64,000 nt of DNA, taken from a bacterium (GTDB lineage Bacteria > Verrucomicrobiota > Verrucomicrobiia > Limisphaerales > UBA11358). The notes under the pieces were generated by a model. That model was not told where the DNA came from and did not search any database. It saw only the letters and a program-made list of their open reading frames with translations. Each line of letters begins with the position of its first letter. Within the stretch, counting starts at the first letter, position 1. Below, in pieces: positions 9,537 through 18,584 of this stretch. The stretch is from positions 79 to 64,078 of the forward strand of contig JAKALA010000010.1 of NCBI GenBank assembly GCA_021813325.1, in the 5' to 3' direction. Made by a program: the position numbers and the translations under genes.

Positions 9537-10116
9537 GATCGTTGCCAGACCGGCCAAATGCTTTCCTGCCGAACGATGGAACTCATGCTCGTTCGCAGGC
9601 ACCGGCCAAGGATTACAATTTGGATGGCGGCAGCTTAACGGCGGCACCTCCCCGCGTCCATACCTTGATGCGGTGACATGATTATCACCGAAACTGGTTA
9701 TGCTTCAAATTATTCCCGCCATGGCTGTTTGAATGCGGCTCCGCAGGATGCCTCAAGACTGAATGGATAACAGCCAACCGATGACGTGGTCAAATCCGGC
9801 TTGAAATTCTTGAAGGCTTGACAAATCGACTGTTTCCGGAGAACAAATCCTCCCCGGGAAGAATTTCTTTCGAGGCGTTGCAATGATTGATTTTTCCCAC
9901 GGCGTTTGAAGCGCCGGAACGCGACTCTGAGCGACTTATAAATCTCACCGGGCATCGGTGTTTACGAAGTCCACTGGCAGCGTTACCCCACCCGGCTTGC
10001 AACGCCCCGCCGCCGCAAAAAGCCCGATGGAATGATATTGCGGGCTGCAAACACCCGAAAAACTGAGCCGCAGACTTGGAAAATTCCCGCTGTTTCCGAT
10101 TGTCAAAAATCCCGGC

Positions 10117-10812
10117 ATGGATCAGATTATGACCATAAACCAAATTTCTTTTATGTATTATCCGCGCAAATTCTATTCCTGCAAACGCGAGATCCAGTTT
10201 CCCCGGCGCTCCGCGGTGCTCGCTCTCTGGCTGGTCACCGGGGTTTTTCTTTCCCTCGCCCTGGGCACGGTCCAGGCCCAGGTGAATATTTTCATGAGAA
10301 TCGGTGGCCAGGCGGCCCCCATGGGACAAACGCAAACAACCCCAAAACTGGCGGGTCCTTCAACGGATGAGCAATACCCTGGTTGGATTCAGTTGAACAG
10401 CGTATCCCACGGGGTTAGCCGGGCAATAAGTATCAGTTCGGGCGGGACTTCAGCCAGCAATCCAAGTTTTAGTGATGTCTCCAGTTCCAAATCCACCGAT
10501 GTCACCACCCCTTTGCTTAATCTTTTAACTTGCGGCGGAACCGTTTCGGTCACGCAGCCAATTGATTACGTCACGATTGATTTCCGCAACAACAACTTCA
10601 CGCAGACACCGCAGACATTCTACCGGATTGAGCTTCAAGGCGTGTCTTTTACAGGCATGTCCACATCTGGATGGACCGGCGGCACTCCCAGCGACTCTTT
10701 TTCGCTAACTTATCAAAAAATTACGTGGTCTTACGTTTCGTATGATGCGACCGGCAAGGCTTCAACCCCAATCACAAAAGGTTGGGACGTTTCGGCGAAT
10801 AAGGCCCTGTAA
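10117..10812 (+). CDS. Hcp-fold (T6SS tube protein-like) protein with predicted Sec signal peptide
   Basis: RRSAVLALWLVTGVFLSLALGTVQA|QVNIFMRIGG...GWIQLNSVSHGVS...SDVSSSKSTDVTTPLLNLLTCGG...FYRIELQGVSFTGMSTSG...DSFSLTYQKITWSYVSYDATGKASTPITKGWDVSANKA. By eye this aligns block by block with Hcp1 (MFIKIGD / IDVLAWSWGMS / DLSFTKYIDKSTPNLMMACSSG / ITLKEVLVSSVSTGG / VTLNFAQVQVDY...YGWNIRQN). The exact start is uncertain (ATGs at 10117, 10129, 10153). Confidence 0.75.
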   Translation: MDQIMTINQISFMYYPRKFYSCKREIQFPRRSAVLALWLVTGVFLSLALGTVQAQVNIFMRIGGQAAPMGQTQTTPKLAGPSTDEQYPGWIQLNSVSHGVSRAISISSGGTSASNPSFSDVSSSKSTDVTTPLLNLLTCGGTVSVTQPIDYVTIDFRNNNFTQTPQTFYRIELQGVSFTGMSTSGWTGGTPSDSFSLTYQKITWSYVSYDATGKASTPITKGWDVSANKAL

Positions 10813-10839
10813 CACTTTTGTCCGTCGTCTGGTCCTCGC

Positions 10840-11781
10840 ATGACACTGGATCCGCGCATGCACTCCGTCCTCGACAACACCGCCGCCAGGATTTTCAAAA
10901 TGATGTTGGTCGCGCTGCTGCTGACCGTGGCCATCCGCCCGGCCGATGGTGCCAACATGTATTTGAAAATCAGCGGCATCACCGGCGGTTCCACGGCGCC
11001 AGATCATGGGGGATGGATTGACGTTTACTCCATGTCTCATGGTATTTCAGTGCAATCCGGTGGCAAAACTTACATCTCCACCCAGGGCCAGGTAAACCTC
11101 CAGGTAGCCTTGGACCAAAGCCTGCCCCTGCTCTTCAATTTATTAGGCAAGGGAAACGCGATCAGCGATGTGGGAATTGATTTCACCCAGAATACGCAGG
11201 TCGCCACCCAGTTCTATCATCTCGCCCTGACCAACGTTTTTCTGGCTTCCGTCGTTGTGAACGCCGACACGGGAGGAATGCCGGTCGTTTCGCTCAGCCT
11301 GGCTTACGCGAAAGTCGCCTGGACTTACACCCAGGTTGACGGCTCGGGCATGCCGGCTTACACCACCATCTGGAATGTCACCCAATACTCCGGCTCCACC
11401 AACATCGTGTCCCTGGACAGCGACCATGACGGCCTGCCTGATGCCTGGGAAATAAAGTATTTCAACACGCTCGCCTACGGACCAAATGACGACCCTGACC
11501 ATGACGGCCTGTCCAATTATCAGGAATACATTGCCGGCACCAACCCCAACAGCCCCGATTCGGTGCTTCACGTTTCCTCGCCCAGCTTTGACACGGGCAC
11601 GGGACAATATCGCATGAGCTGGAGCAGTGTCGCCGGAAGAACCTACACCATTTATAGTTCACCCAATGTTTCAGGCCCTTACATCCCGCTCATGACCGTG
11701 CCTTCCGCCGGAGACGGCAACACTTCCATTAACCTTCCCAATTTGCCGGGCAACCAGTTTTACCGTGTGGGCTTGCAGTAA
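10840..11781 (+). CDS. Hcp-fold domain fused to thrombospondin-type-3-like Ca-binding repeats and a C-terminal FYRV module
   Basis: Hydrophobic leader MMLVALLLTVAIRPADGA. Then MYLKISGITGGSTAPDHGGWIDVYSMSHGIS...DQSLPLLFNLLGKGN...FYHLALTNVFLASVVVNADTGG...VSLSLAYAKVAWTYTQVDGSG (Hcp pattern). Then DSDHDGLPDAWE...DDPDHDGLSNYQEYIAGTNP, with the tail ...YRMSWSSVAGRTYTIYSS...GNQFYRVGLQ. Confidence 0.75.
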   Translation: MTLDPRMHSVLDNTAARIFKMMLVALLLTVAIRPADGANMYLKISGITGGSTAPDHGGWIDVYSMSHGISVQSGGKTYISTQGQVNLQVALDQSLPLLFNLLGKGNAISDVGIDFTQNTQVATQFYHLALTNVFLASVVVNADTGGMPVVSLSLAYAKVAWTYTQVDGSGMPAYTTIWNVTQYSGSTNIVSLDSDHDGLPDAWEIKYFNTLAYGPNDDPDHDGLSNYQEYIAGTNPNSPDSVLHVSSPSFDTGTGQYRMSWSSVAGRTYTIYSSPNVSGPYIPLMTVPSAGDGNTSINLPNLPGNQFYRVGLQ

Positions 11782-11836
11782 CGTTTTATCCAACGCTCGC
11801 GACTAAAAATTTCACCCTCACCAGAATTTTCTGGCG

Positions 11837-12877
11837 ATGACCTCGGGCCTGAAGGCATCATGCGCTCATCCATTTATGAGAGCTCCTATTTTCCTGCGAC
11901 TTTTCGCCACCATTGCCACCGGTAGCGTATTAGCTTTGAGTCTTCATCAGACTGCCCAAGCGGACTCCGTTGAAAAATCCGGCAACCCGCTTTTCCCCGG
12001 CTGGTATGCCGATCCCGAGGCCAAGGTTTTTGGCCACGAATACTGGATTTACCCGACCTACTCCGACCGCTACGAAAAACAGACCTTCTTCGATGCGTTT
12101 TCTTCGCCTGATCTGGTGCATTGGCGGTATCACTCGCACGTGTTCGGCACCAATGAAATCGCCTGGGCACATCGCGCCATGTGGGCGCCTGCGGTTGCTG
12201 AAAACAACGGACGTTACTTTTTCTTTTTTGCCGCCAATGACATTCAAAACGACCAGCAAATCGGCGGGATCGGCGTGGCCGTGGCAGACCAGCCCGGTGG
12301 ACCATTTAAAGATTATCTCGGCAAACCGCTGATTGATAAATTTCACAATGGCGCCCAGCCCATTGATCCGTTTGTGTTCCGCGATGATGACGGCCAGTTT
12401 TATCTCATTTACGGCGGCTGGCAGCATTGCAACATCTGCCGGTTGAAAAATGATTTCACCGGCGTCGAACCCTTCGCCGATGGCACCGAGTTCAAGGAAA
12501 TTACGCCCAAAGGCTACGTCGAAGGTTCGGTGATGTTTAAACGCGGTGGCAAATACTATTTCATGTGGTCGGAAGGCGGCTGGACCGGACCGGATTATTC
12601 CGTCGCCTATGCCATGGCGGACGCGCCGACCGGGCCGTTTACGCGCATTGGGAAAATTCTCCAGCAAGATCCCACGGTCGCCACCGGTGCCGGCCATCAT
12701 TCCGTCATCAAAATTCCCGGCCAGGAAGAATACTACATCGTCTATCATCGCCGTCCCCTCGGCGAAACCGATGGCAACCATCGCGTCACCTGCATTGATC
12801 GGATGGAATTTGACGAGCACGGCCTGATCAAACCCGTGAAAATCACATTTGAAGGCGTCGCGGCTCACCAGCTCTGA
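11837..12877 (+). CDS. glycoside hydrolase family 43 (beta-xylosidase/arabinofuranosidase type)
   Basis: Signal peptide, then NPLFPGWYADPE, MWAPAV, IDPFVFRDDDGQFYLIYGG, VEGSVMFKRGGKYYFMWSEG and HHSVIK. These are classic GH43 five-bladed propeller motifs. An alternative start is at 11876. Confidence 0.9.
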   Translation: MTSGLKASCAHPFMRAPIFLRLFATIATGSVLALSLHQTAQADSVEKSGNPLFPGWYADPEAKVFGHEYWIYPTYSDRYEKQTFFDAFSSPDLVHWRYHSHVFGTNEIAWAHRAMWAPAVAENNGRYFFFFAANDIQNDQQIGGIGVAVADQPGGPFKDYLGKPLIDKFHNGAQPIDPFVFRDDDGQFYLIYGGWQHCNICRLKNDFTGVEPFADGTEFKEITPKGYVEGSVMFKRGGKYYFMWSEGGWTGPDYSVAYAMADAPTGPFTRIGKILQQDPTVATGAGHHSVIKIPGQEEYYIVYHRRPLGETDGNHRVTCIDRMEFDEHGLIKPVKITFEGVAAHQL

Positions 12878-13020
12878 ACGATCAGTGTGTTAAGCCAAAT
12901 TCAACCACCCGTGCCGGCAATGCCGCCGAGCAATAATCCTGTCAAGAATTTGGACCCGGCCGGCAATGTCACCTGATCGTAACACAACTGAAACACATCC
13001 GCGCTGGCTTTGTGCTTTAT

Positions 13021-13055
13021 TGTCGGCATGGATACGTGCCGACATTTCCGCTTTC
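13021..13055 (+). terminator. possible rho-independent terminator after GH43
   Basis: Perfect 8-bp stem TGTCGGCA (13021-13028) / TGCCGACA (13037-13044) followed by TTTCCGCTTTC. It lies 144 nt past the GH43 stop. Confidence 0.35.
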
Positions 13056-13293
13056 AGGTGCCGCAAGAACTGGCGGATGAATTGAGGGACGCTGACCCTG
13101 AACCCTGCCCGGTTTGCGATGCCTTGCCGCATCGTCAGCCGCAGGCTTTGCCGAAGGTTCAGATCCCATTGCCGCAGTCGCCGGCTTCCGGATTCACCAG
13201 TTCCAAAACCACGCATGCGCTGGGAAGTTGGTTTTCCCGGGTCATCGCCAGCCTGCATCCGCATCATTCATAAATTTCCTTCAGGCATGGGCA

Positions 13294-13322
13294 CAAAAAA
13301 CGGCGACCAGTCAGGCCGCCGT
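13294..13322 (-). terminator. rho-independent terminator of the 13341..13952 gene
   Basis: On the minus strand, stem ACGGCG / CGCCGT (13317-13322 / 13300-13305) is followed by TTTTTT (complement of A-run 13295-13300). It lies about 20 nt past the stop. Confidence 0.5.
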
Positions 13323-13340
13323 GTGGGGAAACAATTAATC

Positions 13341-13952
13341 TTAAAACCCGGGCAATTTTTTGATCGCATCCAAAGCGGCACCGGCTTTTTTCCAGCCGGG
13401 GGCGTATTTATCCGCCACTTTGGAAATCAGTTGTTTCTGGTCATCCGTCAAATGCGCGTTGGTGGCCACATTTTTCATGGCCGGCACGGCGGGCGCGATC
13501 TGTCCGTTGCGCAGTGATTTGACAATGGTGGCCACATCGTCCTGGGAACCTTCCAGCGACGCGAAATTTTTCCGCACCACGTAGGCGGAGGCCACGTTGC
13601 CCACTTGTTTGGCCAAAGTGATTTGTTCCGGTGTCAGCTTGGCCGCCGAAGCGAGTTTGAATGCCGAGGTCAAAGCCGCGCTGTCCTGACCGCCCGTAAG
13701 CGCTTTCAGGGTGCTGTCCACCTGGCTTTTAATTGAGGAAACCGAGGAATTTGATCCAAGCAGGGCAGTGAACGACTGGATTTTCCCGGTCAATTCCGAC
13801 GCAATATCACCCAGTTGACTGTCCGAAGCCGATTTGGCCGCATCCAAAAATTTGCCGGCCAGATCCGCGCTGGTTTGAGCGGTTGCGTTTTGGGGCAGGC
13901 CGCTCAAAATCACAGCGGCCCCCATCACAATCAAAGCGATCATTTTTTTCAT
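13341..13952 (-). CDS. secreted helical protein, unknown function
   Basis: MKKMIALIVMGAAVILSGLPQNATA signal peptide, then an Ala/Ser/Lys-rich helical sequence. Start set at the internal ATG (cat 13950-13952). Confidence 0.6.
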   Translation of the reverse strand: MKKMIALIVMGAAVILSGLPQNATAQTSADLAGKFLDAAKSASDSQLGDIASELTGKIQSFTALLGSNSSVSSIKSQVDSTLKALTGGQDSAALTSAFKLASAAKLTPEQITLAKQVGNVASAYVVRKNFASLEGSQDDVATIVKSLRNGQIAPAVPAMKNVATNAHLTDDQKQLISKVADKYAPGWKKAGAALDAIKKLPGF

Positions 13953-14123
13953 CGCCGCAGATGATAAATGTTCCAACCGCTCTGGCAAGCGCTTCCAAAA
14001 TCCTGGTATCGCACCGCGAAGCTGAATCTCCTCGCCAATCCACACTCTTTGCCGAACCAAAATTGCATTGAGGCAGCCGCCGACCATGATAAACTAACCA
14101 GTCTTGAGGCGGTCTCCATTTGT

Positions 14124-14933
14124 ATGGACACAATCGAAAACTTATTGATCGACGACAACGACACCTTGCCGGCGCTGGAACCCATTGCCATGGTCGCCTT
14201 GGATGCCGGGCGAATGCTGATGGAATCGGGCGCCAGCGCCTGCGCCATTGACGAACTGGTTTCCAAGGTCGCCCGCGGACTCGGAGCCGAGCGGGTGGAT
14301 TTGCGCGTGGGATACGCCTCTTTGGCCATCACCATCGGCATTGGCGAATCCGGCATCACCCGGATGCGGGAAGTCGGCCATTTGGGCGTCAATCAACGAC
14401 TCGACCAGGAAATCTGGCATCTGGCCTGGCGCATTTCACGCCACGAACTCGACACCGAACAGGCGCGCGAAGAATTGGGCCGGCTGGCGGCCAAAACTCC
14501 GCGCCATTCCAGTCTGGTCATGGCCGTAGCAGTGGGGTTGGCGTGCGCGGCGTTCGGCCGGTTGTTGAAAGTGGACTGGCTGGGCACCGGCCCGGTCTTT
14601 CTGGCGGCGACCGTCGGACAATACGCGCGGCGCGACCTCATTACCCGGCACGTGAATGGTTATATTTGTGCCACCATTATTTCCTTTTTGAGTTCGTTGC
14701 TGGCCGGCCTTGGCGCGCATTGGGCCGGCAGCACGGAAATCAAAACCGCCATGGTCGCGTCCATTTTGTTGTTGGTGCCCGGCGTGCCTTCGATCAACGC
14801 TCAAAGCGACATTTTGGACGGCCACCCCACCTTGGGCAGCGCCCGGGCCGTCTCGGTAGCGGTCACCTTGATTTTTGTCGCTGCGGGTCTCTGGCTTGGA
14901 CAAGTGGCCTTGGAAAAATCCGTGGGAATTTAA
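14124..14933 (+). CDS. threonine/serine exporter family protein (ThrE / DUF1212 part)
   Basis: ALDAGRMLMESGASACAIDELVSKVARGLGAERVDLRVGYASLAITI...ILLLVPGVPSINAQSDILDGH matches the ThrE-family pattern. Start set at ATG 14124. Confidence 0.8.
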   Translation: MDTIENLLIDDNDTLPALEPIAMVALDAGRMLMESGASACAIDELVSKVARGLGAERVDLRVGYASLAITIGIGESGITRMREVGHLGVNQRLDQEIWHLAWRISRHELDTEQAREELGRLAAKTPRHSSLVMAVAVGLACAAFGRLLKVDWLGTGPVFLAATVGQYARRDLITRHVNGYICATIISFLSSLLAGLGAHWAGSTEIKTAMVASILLLVPGVPSINAQSDILDGHPTLGSARAVSVAVTLIFVAAGLWLGQVALEKSVGI

Positions 14934-14934
14934 T

Positions 14935-15438
14935 ATGCAATTCTGGTCTTACCTCGTCTATCCCGAATCGGCGCATCCGTTTTTTTTCATTTTGCACCAC
15001 ACCATTTGCGGTGCCATTGCTGCCGCGGGCTTCGGTGTTTTATTCAATATCAGCTTCCGCTCGCTACCGTGGTGCGCCGTCACTGGGGCGATCGCTCTGG
15101 CGGTGCGGACCTATTGCCTCGGACTTGGCTGGAACCTGGAAGCCTCGTCATTTGCCGCCGCCCTGACTGTCGGAGCCGTGGTCCAGGTGCTGCGGACGCA
15201 CACGGATATTTCCCAGAATGCCCTGGACGTGGTGGGCTGCATTCCCATGATTCCGGGCAGCTTTGCCGCCAAAGCGATTCTGGGCATGTTTGCTCTCACT
15301 TCCACCACACCGGCCGGCGCCTCGGAAACGCTCATCATGTCGTCCCAATATGCCTTGCGCGTCATGTTCACCATCGGCGCCATCGGCACCGGGCTGGCCA
15401 TTCCCACCCTGCTGCTGCGGGTGCGGGTGGCCAAATAA
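14935..15438 (+). CDS. threonine/serine exporter, ThrE_2 (DUF3815) subunit
   Basis: Starts 1 nt after the upstream stop. AIAAAGFGVLFNISFRSLPWCAVTGAIALAVR...CIPMIPGSFAAKAI is the typical partner of the DUF1212 protein. Confidence 0.8.
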   Translation: MQFWSYLVYPESAHPFFFILHHTICGAIAAAGFGVLFNISFRSLPWCAVTGAIALAVRTYCLGLGWNLEASSFAAALTVGAVVQVLRTHTDISQNALDVVGCIPMIPGSFAAKAILGMFALTSTTPAGASETLIMSSQYALRVMFTIGAIGTGLAIPTLLLRVRVAK

Positions 15439-15500
15439 TCCGCCCAACCGAATTAGAGTAGGTTGAATTCCGTCCGCGCTTTTGCTTAAATTTACAAACT

Positions 15501-16232
15501 ATGGGACGCCAATGGCTACATGCCAAACGATTAGTCGCCGGCCTGCGCAAGGGCCGGGCGACCAGTAAACTTGTTCGCGAAATCTCCGTCGCCGCCAAAA
15601 TGGGCGGGCCGGATCCGACCATGAACGCGCGCCTTTTTGCCGCCGTGGAAAAGGCCAAAAAGGAAAGCGTGACCAAGGACGCCATCCAACGCGCCATCAA
15701 CAAGGGCGCCGGCATTGGCGACGAAAAAATGATCATGGAACACGTCCTCTACGAAGGTCGCGCTCCGCACAACGTCCCCGTGATCGTCGAAGTTTACACC
15801 GACAATGTGAACCGCACCGCCCCGGAAATCCGCGTGCTTTTCAAGAAAGGCCAGCTCGCCACCACCGGCGCCAACAAGTTCCTGTTCGATCACGTCGGTT
15901 TGGTCGAAGCCTATCATTCTGACGTCAACATCGATCGCGAAACCGCTGCCATCGAGGCCGGTGCCAACGAAGTTGAACCGCTTGCGCACGAACAAAACGA
16001 CGACATCCCCAAAGGCGTCGCCGGCGCCAAATTCATCTGCGAACGCACCGCTGTTGCCGAAGTCTCCAAATGGCTGGGCGCCAATGGCTGGACCGTCGTC
16101 ACCAGCGAACTCGGCTATGTGCCCAAGCAATTTCCCGAATTAAGCGAAGCCCAACAAAACGAAGTGGGCGAATTCCTCCATGAACTCGACGAACATGATG
16201 ACGTTCACCGCGTCTGGGCTGCCGTGAAATAA
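15501..16232 (+). CDS. YebC/PmpR-family DNA-binding transcriptional regulator
   Basis: MGRQWLHAKRLVAGLRKGRATSKLVREISVAAKMGGPDPTMNARLFAAVEKAKKESVTKDAIQRAINKGAG is the hallmark YebC/TACO1 N-terminus. Confidence 0.92.
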   Translation: MGRQWLHAKRLVAGLRKGRATSKLVREISVAAKMGGPDPTMNARLFAAVEKAKKESVTKDAIQRAINKGAGIGDEKMIMEHVLYEGRAPHNVPVIVEVYTDNVNRTAPEIRVLFKKGQLATTGANKFLFDHVGLVEAYHSDVNIDRETAAIEAGANEVEPLAHEQNDDIPKGVAGAKFICERTAVAEVSKWLGANGWTVVTSELGYVPKQFPELSEAQQNEVGEFLHELDEHDDVHRVWAAVK

Positions 16233-16249
16233 ACCCATTTTTCCCAAGC

Positions 16250-16288
16250 AAAACGCCGCGTTGACATGATTATCAACGCGGCGTTTTT
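16250..16288. terminator. bidirectional rho-independent terminator between convergent genes
   Basis: AAAA + perfect 11-bp stem CGCCGCGTTGA (16254-16264) / TCAACGCGGCG (16273-16283) + TTTTT. It lies between the yebC-family stop (16232) and the cytochrome c gene stop (16301). Confidence 0.7.
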
Positions 16289-16300
16289 ATTTCATCAAAC

Positions 16301-16768
16301 TCACTTCGCGCCCTGATCAATCCAGGCGCGGATCAGCCCCACCTGCTCCGCCGTCAGCGGCTTCGGGGGCGGGCCAAAATTGCGCGGCCCTTTGCCCGAA
16401 CCGTTGTTGCCTTCCGGCCCGCCGAGTCCCCGCCGTGCGTGCGGCTTGGGCGGCATAGCCATTTCGGGATCAAGTTGCGAAACCGCCTTGGTAAGCACGC
16501 TGTCGGCGCTGTCCCCCACTTTCAAAACCGGACCTTCCTTGGAACCCTTCAACACCCCTTCGAGCGTATCGAGATGCAGCCGCGCCTTGGCACGATCGCC
16601 GCTGTGACAACGCACGCAAGAGGCCTTGAACATGGGTTCAATATCCTTGGCAAACGTCACCCCCTCGGCGGTGGCCGCCGGCGGCAATTTGCTCCAGTCC
16701 ACCGGTGCCGCCAGTGAGGAGAGCCCCACCACCGAACCGGCGAGAATCATAACAGTCAATTTATTCAT
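16301..16768 (-). CDS. secreted c-type cytochrome domain protein (planctomycete cytochrome C, PSCyt1-like)
   Basis: Signal peptide. FAKDIEPMFKASCVRCHSG carries a CXXCH heme site. The C-terminus LTAEQVGLIRAWIDQGA is typical of PSCyt1 modules. Confidence 0.75.
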   Translation of the reverse strand: MNKLTVMILAGSVVGLSSLAAPVDWSKLPPAATAEGVTFAKDIEPMFKASCVRCHSGDRAKARLHLDTLEGVLKGSKEGPVLKVGDSADSVLTKAVSQLDPEMAMPPKPHARRGLGGPEGNNGSGKGPRNFGPPPKPLTAEQVGLIRAWIDQGAK

Positions 16769-16833
16769 GGTTTGTATTAGTTGAATGAACGGTTGACATC
16801 ATGGCGTTTTGGCGGCCCGCGTCACGCAAAAAA

Positions 16834-18132
16834 TCACCTGGCCCCGCCGGGGCGCGGAAGGGTTGGCAACGCCACATTCCGCTGATCTTTGATGGCATGA
16901 TCCGCGGGCTGGTTTTCGCCGGACCAGATTTTCCGGGAGGTCCACGGCGCGGACGGCGCGCGCCAAAACGGGTCAGCCGGCGGCAACCCGAGCGGCAACA
17001 GCCCGACCGCGCATAAATACAGGCTGCCGGTGGAAATATAACCTTCGCCCAAATCCGGTTGATGTCCGCAAAAGCCGATTTGCAGCCAGCCATTCGCATC
17101 GAACGTGGCCGGCGCTTCAATCAGCTTGTGAATCACTGCTGTCAACGCTGACCGCACCTGCGCCGGCCGGATGTTTGGCGGCAACTCCCGCAGCCAGGCC
17201 ATTTGCGCCAGCACCTGAAACGCGCCGAAACGATACGTGATCGAACGGCCCAGCGCCGGGAAAGTGCCATCCGGCGCGATCAGCCGCTCCTGGATTTCCG
17301 CGTAGCGCCGCGCCCTTTCTAAAACGACTCCAAAGGCAGGCGCAAAATTCGCATCCCGCCGCTTCAGCACTGCCAGCACGTCCAGCAGCATGGGCTGAAT
17401 GACAAAGCTGTTGTAATAATCAAAATGGAAAAACTCGCCATCGCCGTAGGCGCCATCGCCCAGATACCAGCCCAGCATGTCATGCACACAACTTTCCAGG
17501 CGATCTTCCATTGTCGGCTCGCCAAATTCCAGCAACGCCGTTTCCACCATGGCGGCAAACATCACCCAATTGCTGCCGTGCGGACGGCCGATTTTCCGGG
17601 TCGAGATCAAAGCGGCCACCACCTGACTTTTGACTTTTGGTTCCAGCGGCTCCCACAACACTTTCGGGGCGCGCACCAGCGCCTGCGCCAAAAATGCGGC
17701 GTCCACCAGCGGCTGTCCGCCCGACGTGAAGTTCATGAAATCCGCCGATTGCGGATCGGTGGCCGCATCCAACGCCGCCTGCGCCAACTGAATGTATTCC
17801 CGTTGCAATGTGCGTTCCTCGCCCGCCAAACCTTCCAAACCCAGCCAGGGAGCCAGTCCGCAGACCAGCCGGCCAAACGCTTCCAGATAGGTGTATTTTG
17901 CGCGGTTGGCGCCTGGTCGCTCCTCCACCGGCATTTTCAATTTTAGCTCGCGGCGGGCCAGATTGGCCAACACAGGCCGGGCGACTTTGTCAGCCACGGC
18001 GACCCAATATTTTCGCGGCCCGGCAACATCCGGTAAGGCCGGCAAATTTTCTGCCGACAATAACGGCAATCCACTGGCGCCCAGCGCGCTTAACACTGCC
18101 GCCGATTTGAAAAATTCGCGTCGTGATTTCAT
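16834..18132 (-). CDS. Tat-exported DUF2264-family protein (polysaccharide utilisation-associated)
   Basis: MKSRREFFKSAAVLSALGA is a twin-arginine leader. The length and the pattern W...DGAYGDGEFFHFDYYNSFVIQPML...YRFGAFQ resemble DUF2264. Confidence 0.7.
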   Translation of the reverse strand: MKSRREFFKSAAVLSALGASGLPLLSAENLPALPDVAGPRKYWVAVADKVARPVLANLARRELKLKMPVEERPGANRAKYTYLEAFGRLVCGLAPWLGLEGLAGEERTLQREYIQLAQAALDAATDPQSADFMNFTSGGQPLVDAAFLAQALVRAPKVLWEPLEPKVKSQVVAALISTRKIGRPHGSNWVMFAAMVETALLEFGEPTMEDRLESCVHDMLGWYLGDGAYGDGEFFHFDYYNSFVIQPMLLDVLAVLKRRDANFAPAFGVVLERARRYAEIQERLIAPDGTFPALGRSITYRFGAFQVLAQMAWLRELPPNIRPAQVRSALTAVIHKLIEAPATFDANGWLQIGFCGHQPDLGEGYISTGSLYLCAVGLLPLGLPPADPFWRAPSAPWTSRKIWSGENQPADHAIKDQRNVALPTLPRPGGAR

Positions 18133-18282
18133 GCCTGCTTAAATTGCCCAAAACCTCGTCCGCGTCACGGAAAATCCACAGCCCCGGCCATCACGGAATC
18201 ACCCCTAAAATTTTGCTGTTGCACATGCTTGCCGGGTCAAACCCATGAGTTTGCTCTCTGACAAAGCAGGCCATGCACCGCG

Positions 18283-18318
18283 TCGGAAAAGGAAAAGGCC
18301 GGACACTATTCCGGCCTT
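18283..18318 (-). terminator. putative rho-independent terminator
   Basis: Minus strand: AAGGCCGGA-atagtg-TCCGGCCTT followed by TTCCTTTTCC. It lies about 270 nt downstream of the ClC stop, so assignment to that gene is uncertain. Confidence 0.45.
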
Positions 18319-18584
18319 CACAACACAATTTCTAAATGATTTTGCTGGGGTCACTACGCCCAACAGCAATAGATTATCCCATCCCGGTTTTTCCGCCTGT
18401 CACCAATGCTGGTGACAAAACCCGCCGGCCGCATTCCGCTCAAGGTCATGCCCCGGCTCCCACTTGCCGCCCGATCCCAAACTTTTGAACCAACGGTTGG
18501 CAAAGAAGTTTTTAAACAGGCGCCCCGGAAACCCGGGGGAGGCATGTGATGAAGGATCAGGTTGCGATCCGGGTTTGCGGATGA

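Noticed and set aside
10117-11781. Interpreting the Hcp pair as a marker of a type VI secretion locus
   Set aside because: No TssB/C, VgrG, TssM, ClpV or baseplate genes lie in the surrounding ~10 kb. The neighbours are glycoside hydrolases, and the proteins seem to have export leaders.
11930-12868. 312-aa minus-strand ORF inside GH43
   Set aside because: It is an antisense shadow. The + frame carries all the GH43 motifs.
12878-13340. Small ORFs in the convergent intergenic region (e.g. 13010..13273, 87 aa; 12890..13267 minus)
   Set aside because: They have no recognisable motifs, overlap each other and overlap the predicted terminator hairpins. I treat the region as non-coding, but a small Cys-containing peptide (PCPVCD) cannot be excluded.
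18133-18584. 450-nt gap between the DUF2264 and ClC genes, examined for an ncRNA, tRNA or small gene
   Set aside because: It contains hairpins (GTCACCA-atgc-TGGTGAC at about 18399-18416, and the terminator-like stem at 18295-18318). There is no tRNA cloverleaf and no riboswitch-like conserved core that I can recognise. The 63-aa ORF 18354..18545 is Gly/Arg/Pro-rich and unconvincing.
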